Assembly (NCBI RefSeq): GCF_002113885.1 | Contig: NW_018408922.1 | Coordinates: 382,462-446,461 of the forward strand | Length of the DNA: 64,000 bases | Reading direction: 5' to 3' | Source of the DNA: Mizuhopecten yessoensis | Lineage: Eukaryota | In this document: positions 1-12,100 of the stretch, piece after piece | Position numbering within the stretch: position 1 is the stretch's first letter | Layout of the letters: each line of letters begins with the position of its first letter | Notes under the pieces: generated by a model | Seen by the model: only the letters and a program-made list of their open reading frames with translations | What the model was told of the DNA's origin: nothing | Databases searched by the model: none | Program-made: the position numbers and the translations under genes

Positions 1-647
1 TCAACAATACGAAAGGTTTCTTGACAGAAAATTAATGTCAACATATGTTTTATATTGGAATACTAAATAGCTAAACTTCGAACCGTATTTCCATTTTGAT
101 GCAATTATTTTTAAGAAAAACAAATGTGATCCCAGCCTCCTCGTCGTTTCCAGACAACAATCAGCATGCACCACTAATTGCCCATATTAAATGCTCTGAT
201 ATGTCATTTGCTGATTTCCAGCTCTAATTGGTGGAGAAACGTCAGATAACGAGAAATCTGTTTCAGATCGTTTCTTAAAATAGGTTAAAGTAGTTCCTGT
301 TTAGAGATAATTATTTATCGACTTTATCTAAGAAATACCAACTTCGACCTTTAACATCGATGAATATTGTTCAGATCAGTCCGAAAATCTTAGATAGACC
401 TCATTTGGGGCTCATTATGTATGCAAAATTGAATATATATACATGCATGATTTTCAGTCGGACATTGATAATTGACTAAAATGTTGGTTCTTCCTTCGGC
501 TAATTCAATGGAGATATCAACAGAATGATGAACAATATACATGTAAAATGGTTTTATCTGGAAACGACTTCACCATTATAATCCCATTCATCATTCAGAA
601 AATGAAAATTGTCGTCTTTTAAACATGTTCCAGATCAACGCATTCGG

Positions 648-676
648 CTATGGTGTGGTCAACAGCTTCACGAACT
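648..676 (-). CDS. Calmodulin-like gene A, coding exon 5 (EFVKLLTTP*)
   Basis: Poly-T tract plus TCAG acceptor; phase 1 matches exon 4; TAG stop at 648-650. Confidence 0.85.
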
Positions 677-3600
677 CTGATAAAAAAAAAATGAAAATAG
701 TTCGATATTTCAAACATATTTACTTAAAAATATAATTAAATTATCTTGGAGAATGTGTTGTCATATGTATCGCTGAACATGCATCATGTATTTAATCAAG
801 GAATTAGTTCGTGTTAAATATTAAATAATCGGAGCTTATATCAATAAACCTCTACTTAATTTGGTCTACATAAAAAAATCATTCAATTCGTATCCTTCCT
901 TTTGCACTATCATAACTGTCCAGAGAGAAATTCCTATATCGGCAGTGTTTTAGTCTGAGAGCTAAAGCACTCCTGCAGACTAACACCCTATGCAGCTACC
1001 GATGCAGAGTATCTCTCATGGCAACATTCGTCCTCTCTTTCATGTTAATGACCTACATGTAGCCAATCAGGTGAGAGATGGGAGGAGCTTGTATTGACCT
1101 CACAACACCTTTTTTCAACGATCCTGAGACAACAGTGCAGACAACGTTGAGAGAGAAAATATGGCTTCCGAAAAGGTACAGTTAGAGTTATTTTAAAAAT
1201 GTCTGTGCGTTTGATATCGGTTAAACTTAATAGGGAAAGTATGGCAGTTTAGAAAATAGCAAGTTTTCAGAAAAACATAATTGTACTGTAATCCTCCAGG
1301 TTATGTTTTAACTGTTTAATAGCATCGGTTGGACGATATGATGGCCATGGACACAATACGTTCAGCAATACAACAAAATACGGTCTGCCGTCACAATAAA
1401 CACTAAAGCATTATTGGGATACTTACCATCATAATCCAAATGACCATCCTCATTGACGTCACCTTCTTTGATAAGCTCGTTCACTTCTTCGTCCGTGAAC
1501 GAATTTTTCCCTAAATCTTGCAAGATGTGTTTGAGTTCTTTTAGAGTCAAGTAGCCTTTATCATCTTTATCAAACAGTTTGAAACAATCTCTGAGCTCCT
1601 GTTCACGGGTTTCGGTCGTTTCTGTAGTTTTCTTTATCGTCGCTAAAAACTCATCAAAATCAATTGTACCGTCCTCTGTAAAAAAAAAAAAAAAACACAT
1701 TGAGTACATGTATTTAGTATTATACTTCGATAGACTACTTTTTTATGATCTGCAATGGTAAATAATGATATCGTACTTACGTTATCGTAATACTGCCATA
1801 CAAAACAGAAAGAAGATAATACAAAGTGTAGACAAAACCGCAATTCAATCTCAAAATCTTTGAATACAAAACAAACTATGATAATAAATAAATATAAACT
1901 TTTTATTTATTTTACAACAATTATGAAACAAGTTATTTAAAACTATATGTATCACCCTTATTGGCCCGAATAAAAGCGCAAGGGGTCTTTATGGGGGGAA
2001 AAGCGCGAGAACCCAGAGAAAACCCACGTTGTCGGGCATACCTCTGGCCGCCTAGGTCAACATCGAGTGCGTTAACCACTAGGCCACTCGACCACGAAAA
2101 ACAAATGTGATCATAGAAAAGTTTTACTTGGAGACCATTGCAAAAAAGGAAGAAGAGAAAGACTTAAAAACGTCGTCAGATTCATTGATTGAACCCGTCA
2201 TGTTAATCTAGATCAAATGAAAGTAATATCAGGTTCTCAAAAAGAGAGACGGGGTAGTAACAGTTTAACCTTAAGACAAATAAACGAGCAAAATCGTTGA
2301 TATTTATATCGGGCAATGAAATGAAATATTCGTGATAGCGACCATAGAACTAACTCAAAATGTTCAAAAATTCGCACACACTTAGATATTACGAGCACTT
2401 TATGTTTGCATTATTTGAATAGAGACAGAAAGGGTATCAATGTTACAAAGCAAAATCATATTCTCCCGAATGTTTGAAATATCGACGCAAAAATTGAGGT
2501 TTTTTGTGTACCCTATTTTAACATTTATTCAGCTGGTTAAAAAGCTTACAGCATTGATCTATTTAAAACTGGTGGAGATGAAATGGGAAACTTTACCTGA
2601 TAAAGTTAATTTGAAACATATTCCGAAGTCAATCGTGTCCTACATGAGTCCAATTTTGCGATGAACATTGTTTCTTCAGGTATCCCAGAACATGTAATTA
2701 CGTTCGAACTACGCACAGAAATATTTCCGTTGAGAGTCGACTTCAACAAGCTCTAATCTTGCAACTTTACACGCCGTATTTTTTCTGTGTGTCGGTTAAT
2801 ATGTTTCATAGTTTTCATTTACACTTTATTTCAGCAGGATAGTTGTTCACGGTCATTAAGGTGGCGTTTCTGCTGTAACGGACACTGAGGTAACCGATCT
2901 AGTGTCAATACCGATGGAATATCTAAGCTAACACTGCTTCATGTTTGCATGGTGTACAGGTACACATCAGACAAATAATAGAACCAGGATTTGTTTTAAG
3001 GCCATGAGTGGGCAGCCGCCACATGGATAGGTCCTTTATCACTGGACACGCACGTCTTAGGCCCTGCTCCTTTTTTAAGAAGCCACACTTCTTTCACTTC
3101 CTGAAATACAAGTTGAAGTACACGTTATATCAATTCATAGAGCAGTTTCTTACTGTTGGTGTCCATGGCGTGAAGTTCTGCCGTTAGTTTCTCCTCCGAC
3201 GGAGAGTTGTCCAGCTCGAGTTCTCTCATCACAGTCACCATTTCCTCTATCGTGATGTTCCCGCTGCCATCCTTATCAAACATGTTGAACGCTTCTCGGA
3301 ATTCTGTACAGATCAATACATTACAAAATTGATAAAGGCTGTGGGCAAACGAACACAATCATGATCTTTCTTGGAGGTATATATTTCTTCAATTTGTATT
3401 ACTATTTTCTAACTTATTTAAGGAAAGTTGATAACTGTTCCAATGTAACAAAATAAGAAATGTCAGTTTTATCCTGCTGATAAGAACAAAGAACGGAGGT
3501 TAGCGGCACGGTTCCTTTAAACATAGATACAAACCGCACTCAAGCTCGCAACTCCGAAAGATGCATAAATATGGCTCCAATTGAATGATATTACTTTCAA

Positions 3601-6004
3601 GAAGGTTCATATATCGATTGACGAAATTATTTTCAAATACAAACTTATCGAGGGTATTCCGTCTTTGCGTATTGCAGAGTTATCTTTTCTTGAGAACAGG
3701 TATTGATTGTTACGTCATATGTTTGTGAGAGTAAGGTCATCAATTTTTGAGAAAACGACATATTTTTCTCACACAAACCAATGATGTAACAATAAATACC
3801 TGCTCTCAAGAGAAGATAACTCTACGATACGCAAAGACGGAAAAGGTGTCGATGAATGAAACTCATTTTGAAATGTAACCATCATTGTGATAAAAAAGAT
3901 ATTATTAAAAATACTTTTGATAAGAACGTATGATTCTGGTAGAAGTAAATTACACTTACCAGCTAGCTGCTCTTTGGTGAAGTCGTCTGCCTACAAAATT
4001 GATTTAAGAATGTTGTTTAGATTGGTGTAATATTAAAAATAAGCCCATTATGGAAATGCGTTCTCTCCGTGTAACCATGTTTTGAATATGTGTTCCTCTA
4101 ATGTTGATAAATGTATGTAGTACCTATCATACAAGTCAATGAATATTTTTATCCTGACCGTTCTAAAATAATTCTTTTGTTATATAAAATCCACCAAGTA
4201 GTGAGGTAGACATCGGAAATGTTTGCAAAAGATCGTTATGAATCGATAAAGACAATGCAAAGTATAAAAAAAAAAAAAAAATGTATATACAAGGGATTAC
4301 GGGACAAACTACCAAAACAAAAGCAGGAGAATACGAGGTGTGAACAAAACCATAATACGAACTCATAAACCGTTGGAAGTACGGCAGGAAATAAATGTAG
4401 ACACGATATTAATATGGAGATACTTTAAAACGTACAGGGGGGAGTGGGAACATGTTTTCCAGAAGAGAAAGCGTGTTCTGAATCGTCGACGTCGCCCGTC
4501 AGGTAAATATATGTCCTCAAACTGAGAACCGAGGTAATGACAGCAAAATAAACTTTCATATTAAGAGGTGATAAACAAGTATAATCTAAGAAGGAAAACA
4601 AACTTTTCATAGTGAGAACATACTGGCGACCAAAAAACAAAACTTTCACCTGGTTTATTGTGTTATAAATTGGTACGTCGGCAGTCAACATGTAATACAG
4701 GAATCCTGACAGTTTAAAAAATCCTATCCGATATACAGATATCCGAAGAGATTCTAAACGGGGGTAAAACACCAAGCTTTCCTAATGCTCACTCCTACTT
4801 TAAGTCATCAAGCATACAAGAAACTATCATGTTCTCTTCCATTTCTCAAAATGCCATAATGCACATATGTATCGTAGATTTTGTTTTCATGCCAATTATC
4901 ATTCTAAATAATCTTTTATTGTTTATCTCTAACGTATATGTTTACCTCGTTATATAGCGCTTAACAGGGAAAAACGCGAATGATTTTGTTTTGATTAAAC
5001 AATTTATCCATACAAAGTATGAAATTGAAGTAAGTATAAGTGAATTAGAAAACAAGGTTTGCCTTTATTAGAAAAAACACACAGTATCAACATGTACCCT
5101 TTCACTCAATCCCCTTTTCAGGAAAGATGCCTTTATTATATATGCTACCTCAAACATTACCCTTAAGGGTATATTCTACCTTATATATTATAACTTGTTA
5201 GAATTGTCTCCCTTAAGGTTATTCATTGCACCTTACATATTACATCAGCGATTAGTGCAAGTGCCATATACCTTAAGGGTATATGCTCCCTCACATATTA
5301 TGCCAGTGAGTTTTGTTATTTTGTTATTTCCTTATATAAAAAAAATCTTATCATTCAATAACTCAAAAGAACATGTATAAAATTATATATTTTTGATATA
5401 TTTTTATCATTTTCATTTGAAAGCATATTCACAGGAACGAAAGACATTTTGCAGCCTTCTTAGAAAGGAAGTTACTAGCTTAGAAACGTAGCGTGAATCT
5501 ATGAAACTTAATAACAATGCATTCATATAGTAATGACGTGTGGATTTATCCATTCCATGAAACGTGGAACGGATATTTCCTGGATTTCAATCAATATATT
5601 TAGTGACAATAACATGAAGTCCCTTCAGGAGAACGCCCAGCCCTGTTCTTCCGATCACTGCATAGTTGACTACCTTTACCCATTTGCTGGCCTATTAATA
5701 ATAGGTCATTCAACGAGAGGAAGTTTATCCAAATATTGCATTATATATTTCACCATTCTACAACAATTATCTATAACTAAGTGAAACTCTTTGTTATAGA
5801 TGGTTCTACATCTTATGGTAATTTTCTTATTGTAATTTTTAATGAAGAATTGATAAAATAAACACCGAACCATGACCCATACAAACCAATACTTAAAAAC
5901 GATATGGCCATACTGAGAAAATAGCAATGTTGAAAGAACCTTAGCTTTAAGTCTCAGATGAGGAGATTGTTTTAGGGTAACTAAACCTAAGCAATACGTA
6001 CCAT
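648..6004 (-). CDS. Divergent calmodulin-like protein, 153 aa; join complement(6002..6004,3960..3990,3154..3303,1427..1675,648..676)
   Basis: GT-AG introns with consistent phases and the classic calmodulin exon pattern (ATG-only exon, then a 31-nt exon). Four EF-hand loops: DKDGSGNITIEE, DTNKDGTIDFDE, DKDDKGYLTLKE, DVNEDGHLDYDE. Ends EFVKLLTTP*. Confidence 0.88.
1427..1675 (-). CDS. Calmodulin-like gene A, coding exon 4 (EF2 end, EF3, EF4)
   Basis: Lies within ORF 1362..1709; poly-T TACAG acceptor and G|GTAAG donor. Confidence 0.92.
1953..2095 (-). mobile_element. Degenerate tRNA-derived SINE fragment (V-SINE-like)
   Basis: Minus strand: GTGGTCGAGTGGCCTAGTGGTTAACGC head and GTGGGTTTTCTCTGGGTTCTC body. 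Confidence 0.45.
3154..3303 (-). CDS. Calmodulin-like gene A, coding exon 3 (EF1 to EF2 start)
   Basis: FREAFNMFDKDGSGNITIEE; CAG acceptor and GTAAG donor; 150 nt versus the canonical 144. Confidence 0.92.
3657..3842. mobile_element. MITE
   Basis: About 60-bp imperfect TIRs TTCCGTCTTTGCGTAT... / ...ATACGCAAAGACGGAA. Confidence 0.8.
3960..3990 (-). CDS. Calmodulin-like gene A, coding exon 2 (ADDFTKEQLA)
   Basis: 31-nt exon, same size as canonical calmodulin exon 2; TAG acceptor and GTAAG donor. Confidence 0.88.
6002..6004 (-). CDS. Calmodulin-like gene A, ATG-only first coding exon
   Basis: acagaaATG|GTACGT; an A-rich leader and an ATG-only exon are typical of calmodulin genes. Confidence 0.7.
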
Positions 6005-6623
6005 TTCTGTGTTTGTTGTTATCCGATAAGATGTCGCTGTTGTGTAATTGTGTAAGCAGTCCTCTGCTCTGTCTTTCTGATATGTACTGACGTTTTCACT
6101 ACCGGTAATGCTTCACTAGTCACATCAATAAAACATCAATTGTATGTCGGCACCATCGGCGCTATGACACTATATATGTGATGGAGGTTCGTGGCGGTGA
6201 GAATCGGATAGATGACAACGAGACAACAGAATCTAACGATTATCATCTGGTCACGCTATGAACGTCGTGCCTGATCGGAAACTCTTTCACCAGCACGGAT
6301 ATGATAACCCTAATATACACCGAATAGCACTATAACGGTATTGACTACCATTACTAATACATTACAGCATCATTATAACATGTCTCCTTACCTATCAAAC
6401 GAACATCGCATGAATATGTTATACTAAATATATTGTTCCCAGCTACCCACAGGCTAGTACTTGTATACAATTGATTTTGCGATATGAACCATTTTAAAAT
6501 TGTGTGAAAGTTTTGCGTTTAAGAAAATTATTTGTTATGGACATACTTTCCCATAATTCTTAGGACATTGTTAATTTTCTTTTGTTTTTTGTTTTTTTCG
6601 GGGGGAGGGGGGGGGGGGGCCTT

Positions 6624-6647
6624 NNNNNNNNNNNNNNNNNNNNNNNN
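6624..6647. other. Assembly gap in a G-run
   Basis: N run. Confidence 0.99.
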
Positions 6648-7904
6648 GGGGGGGGGGTCCTTAGGGGTGTTGTTATAGGATATTACTTTTCTCTCTTCTG
6701 GTGTAGTGTATCGTTGTTTTTCTTGCATTACTATCAATTCGATCCCAAATTGTGTTGTTCAGATGCTTTGCTATTTTTTTCATGTCACAGTCGACCACCT
6801 ATAATTTGCAACGTTTTCTTCATCTTATATTAATCAGTTTTATTTAAACAGAATATATTAGAATCCCAAAGAATAGACGAAAGCAAATTCTTCTGGCACA
6901 GTAATCGTAAAAGAAACAGAAATAAGGTTGCAGTTTTATACAAACAAACAAAAACACACAAAAAAAACACGTAGAAATGGCATCAAACACAATGAATAAA
7001 ACGTCAGCTTGATCATGTATTGAGCAAGTTTTAAGATCTGCATGGTTGTTACTCTTGAAATGGGGTCGGAAAAAAACATCCTACTGGGACAACCGCCACC
7101 TGTTCCAATAGCTTTGCTTATAACACACAGTTTGTGTACACTACATGGACCTTAATGATGACAGGAGTAGACATCGATTGAAAGAATAATAAACCAAGTC
7201 TAAACAGAAAACTACCAGAATCGATATCTCTTATCATAATATACAGATTTCTATATTAGATACTAATTGAATTTCCAATTCAATTTCGCACAGTATGTTC
7301 ATTCGAGAAAGCGATTTGTTTTCCCAGACGTGTTTTGACAACAACTAACGGTACATATCTCTATGTAGTACATACGTATTCCGTTGTCGAGTTAAGTGCT
7401 ACGTTGACGCTAATATTGAGATCTTCATGTGTACATTGGCATAGTGATAAAGCAAACATCTGTTCAGAAATGTTGGCATGTTGCCGTAGCCTACGATTTT
7501 ATCGAAACAATTTGTACGGGCAACATAAATAAAAAAAAATAAAAAAAACTTTAATAGCAAATAAGTATTGCACGCGAAAGCGTTCTGTTGTACGGTAGCC
7601 AAACTTTCGGATGAAGTCAGCCTTACTAGGAACACCTCTACTGTTTATTCAGTAATTTCACCAGTTCAAACGAACATAAATTATTTATCAATTACAACTC
7701 AACATTGTAATATAGGAAATAGCTGTCTGGCTGCAACAGCTCGAGTGTACACCTTGTATATGATTTTTAAAGTCTTAACAAGGGAAAGTATTTTCCCATC
7801 TGCCAGCTTGAATGTCTTACGTTTTATATAAATACTTTCTTGCTTGACACTTGAATTCGAGACCGACTTACAACAAGTATTTTCGCAAAAACATAATATG
7901 AAAT

Positions 7905-8295
7905 CATAGCGGGATGAGGCAGGGTGTCTGCCGGTGACCATTTAGCTTAAGGGATAAAGATGTTAGAGTTCCCGTCTAAAGTTTGTAAGTCTCGGTTTCG
8001 AATCATGATCTGGGCCAGTAGCATTTTCCCTTTCATTTTACATTGGTGCATGTGACATAACCTTGTCTCAAGTTTTGTGTGTACGCCTGACAAGGGTATA
8101 TCCGAAGGAAGTTTCTAAACAATGTTGTTTTCGGAGGCGAAGACTTTGGAAAAGGAGGAAGATATGTAGCGGGTCTGGTTCCGATGACTGCCAGATATCA
8201 AGTAGCTTAATTGGTCAGAGAGTCCGTCAAAATGTTCGTAGATTCCGGGCTCGAATCCCAGCCTGTCCACTTGGCATTTCCTCTCTCCTGCTACA
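7905..8295 (+). mobile_element. TRIM-like miniature LTR element with tRNA-like LTRs
   Basis: Degenerate direct repeats 7905-8042 and 8165-8295 (TGTAG...TACA); PBS-like TGGTGC at 8044; PPT 8148-8162; A/B-box-like TAGCTTAA and TCGAATC in each LTR. Confidence 0.65.
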
Positions 8296-9105
8296 CAGAA
8301 TATTCTACAGGGTATAAATAAATGTGTCATGGTGTGCATGTGTGTATAAGTGTTTGTCATTCAACATTCCAGAAAACAATATCTTTTATTTTAACAAAAT
8401 TTAATAAATACGAAATATACCGCCTAGATTCAGTTAACTTAGCAATTGCTTTTAATTGTTCCGCATCTGTAAGAATTGTTTAAATCTTGAGAGTTACAAT
8501 ATCTTCATTTACTTACTTGCTATTGCTCCATACCACTTCGACCCTCAAATGTGCTATGGAAATACTTTAATGTTATCAGTGAGTAAAATATTGTCTTATA
8601 TTGTAAAATAATGCCATTTTGTCATGATGTAATAATTATCATTCAGCCACACAATGTGAACAATATGCCACCCGTAATGTGTCATGAAGTATTACCATGT
8701 TAGCATCCGTCACGTCCTTTGGTTAAACACCAACAAGACCCTTGATGTGTTATCGGGTATTTCGATGTTGTCGTTCGTACATTTCCACGTCTGTTTTCTT
8801 TTTATAATAACTTTCGTTGTTATCAACACAGGCAATCGAGTTTAACCGATCGTTCTTTACCTAGTGTTCTATTTACAATGGATTTATGTTTAAGGCGAAA
8901 CGCAAGTGCCTGTGTTATATGAAATGTTGTTGCATTAATGATCCTTTTTTTTTTTATTAAAAACTGAACATCACATCAAGTTTAATATCATATTTATAAG
9001 AAACAGAAGATGTCGTTGAAATAAAAATCATGAATAAAATGTACAGTGTATTTGGAAATAATTAAGTAAATGAAATGTCCATTTTTGTCGGATAACAGAT
9101 GGCCA

Positions 9106-9137
9106 TCATTTCTTCTGTGTCATCATTGTGACGAATT
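9106..9137 (-). CDS. CaM: Calmodulin gene B, coding exon 5 ([10 protein letters not shown])
   Basis: TTTCAG acceptor; TGA at 9106-9108; AATAAA on minus strand at about 8953-8958. Confidence 0.9.
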
Positions 9138-12100
9138 CTGAAATGGTGAAAGTATCACATATAGAAAAGTACACTTATCATACAAAGACACTTAAATAGA
9201 ACTTATATATGCTGTTACATAAAACTGAATTTTGCAAACTATACATTCCAAATAAACAAAAATCTGCAAATCGAACTCAAAAGGCAGGAAACTACTGCAG
9301 AATACGAACAAAGGAAATGTTTTCATGTAGAACATTGAACAAGTACATGGCCAATAATCAAGAGGTCCGGGGATCGAGTCCCTATGGCAAAGGTATTTTA
9401 AATGAAAAAAAATGTAAATTATAATACAGATATATATTTCGTATATAGATATGTGCTATAATAAATCTGCACTAGCAGATCCAGGTCAGATAAATTGCTG
9501 ACAAGTGGAACTCTTCTTCATTGGAGATACAAGACAGAGCGGTAAAACCCCATAACTTGATAAAAACTGACAGGGCGAAAATATTACGGTTGGCGGAAGT
9601 TACGTACATTTTTCAAAACACCCTGTAGCTTTTCCGAATTTGCTACCAACCTTCGTAATTAACCTGTCCGTCTCCATCTATGTCGGCTTCTCGGATCATG
9701 TCGTCTACTTCCGTATCTGTAAGCTTTTCGCCCAGGCTAGTCATCACATGACGCAGTTCCACCGCGCTGATGCAACCATTTCCGTCCTTGTCGAATACCC
9801 GGAACGCCTCTCGAATCTCTTCGTTAGATTCGGTATTTTTCATCTTCCGTGCCATCATTACGAGGAATTCTGGGAAATCTATTGTGCCGTTTTCTTGAAA
9901 GTGAAATTGACTTATTAACATAATCGTCTTATATTTGTTTAACACAATTACTTTGACGACACGTTTTCTGGTTTATATACTCACTGAATTACATGTTTAT
10001 ATATGTCTCTTTGCATAAACAGATGAAATCTGTTCCATACCCGCATTTTTATGTTTCGTCTCTTAAAATTGTATGTTTATAATGCACACTTTACCTAATA
10101 TTTAATTTGAAATTAAATAGTACTTCTATAAACTTTGAAAATGAAGGGTTTATACGGATAATATGATATTAAATACGTACCATCTTCGTCCACCTCGTTG
10201 ATCATGTCCTGTACCTCAGCTTCTGTCGGGTTCTGCCCTAGTGACCTCATCACTGTCCCCAACTCTTTGGTTGTGATGATTCCGTCAGAGTCCTTGTCAA
10301 ACAGACTGAATGCCTCTTTGAACTCTAACAAATATAAACATAATATATTTACAAAAGTGTATACTATGTATAAGGTTATTCTTTTATATAATATTCATAT
10401 CTCTTAAGCACATTAACGATATACCTCGTTAGACAGAACACTATCGTTTTCTTACAAATATCCCTAAATATGGACTGTCTGGATTAGGCAATGCTATTTG
10501 AGTTATTTGCAGTCGATTTCCAGTGTCGGGGGGGGGGGGGGGGGGGAATAACAGAAATGATATGATATAATTGTGAGTTTGGGATGTGTAAAAATTACTT
10601 AAAGGTAAACGATACCAGCAAATTAAACTACATTAATACCTTTGTTACTGTCGTGAAATATTTATTTAAATCCTTTTTAAAATAAATATTCCATAAAAAT
10701 TGCGTTTTTTGCCATGCATTTTACAGAATGGCATTTTTTTCTTATTTAAACGCTTAAAAATAGGAATAATAAAGGAAAAAAAGTCTCGAACTTTAGATCT
10801 TTACCATGCAAAGCCTACAGTAAAGTGTAGCCTTAAAGGGGTTATAGAAATAGAGATTCGAAATGAGGGTCCAATGTATCGTATAGGACGCACGGTATAA
10901 GAAAACCTTGACTGAGGAAGTTACTTTCGGCGAAAACAAACTCCTCTTGGTTGCCTCATCTTCTATATACAAGGGAGAATACTCCAAGTCAAAACAAATC
11001 ATAACAACTCCTCCTCCCGATTATAACGGATGCATTGGTTTATTATCTCCTACCAGGAATTATTCAACATAATCGAAAAACAATAACAAATACAAGCAAC
11101 AAATCATAATAAACTCATATTTCACCCGACAAAAGCAGTCGGGTGACGCAATAATGGCAGAATTAGTAACTGTTTAAGGGATGGATTGGAATAAAAAGAA
11201 CATTTCAGACAAAGGTTGGTTTTGAATTTCATTTGAACGACTGAATTCCCACGTGTAACTTATATTTGAATTATGAATGCATCTGTGAATGTCACAAATA
11301 CAAACTTGGTCAGGTCTCTATATTTGGATCCCATATCCTTCCATCATCTTATAAATGAGTCATATGTGGATGTGTTTGCCGACTCGTGAAATCCCATAGG
11401 TCGAACAGGTAGTGTTTGTGTTCAATGAGCGTATGTGTCCATATAAGTAAAGGAGGAAAATACACTTATATATGCATATTATCTATTTCACGAAAATAAC
11501 AAATAGTCCACGAACTGTCGTTTATACCAAATCAACAGGTGTGTAAGGAGCATTTCTATATCATGGGAATTCTTGTTGAATATATATTTACCTGCAATTT
11601 GCTCCTCTGTCAATTGATCAGACTGTAAAAAAGGAAAACGTAATTAGCTTTGAGGAGCTTAGTAATATTGAATGCAAATTAAATCTTTTTTTTTGACAAG
11701 CCACGTTATAATGCCCCTCTGTGAATGTGCCATCTTGTTTGCTGTCAGTACGTTTCACGATCCTGTTTTACTGTTCCTTTATTAGTTAATTTAATTAGTT
11801 TAAAAAGTGAGTTGGTGGAGCGGAGCCATTTCAAACGTGACCTCGATGTAGTAGCATGCGACAAATGAACAAAACGATATCAACCAAAACTATTAGTATA
11901 TGATATCTAAGGTGTAACAAAAACATCTTGAAACAGCCTCAAAGTGTTCATTATAGTAATACTGTATGACTTTAAAACCGCAGTCATAACAACATTATAC
12001 AATAGGACGTATACCTTATGTTTTCATTAATCATCACTACATGTATCATAACGATATTTTATTAATTTATTGTATCATTACCGGAATAATATCATATACA

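Noticed and set aside
4425-4775. 116-aa minus-strand ORF in calmodulin-like A intron 1 (and 10793-11002 in gene B)
   Set aside because: No recognisable motif or splice support; possibly repeat debris.
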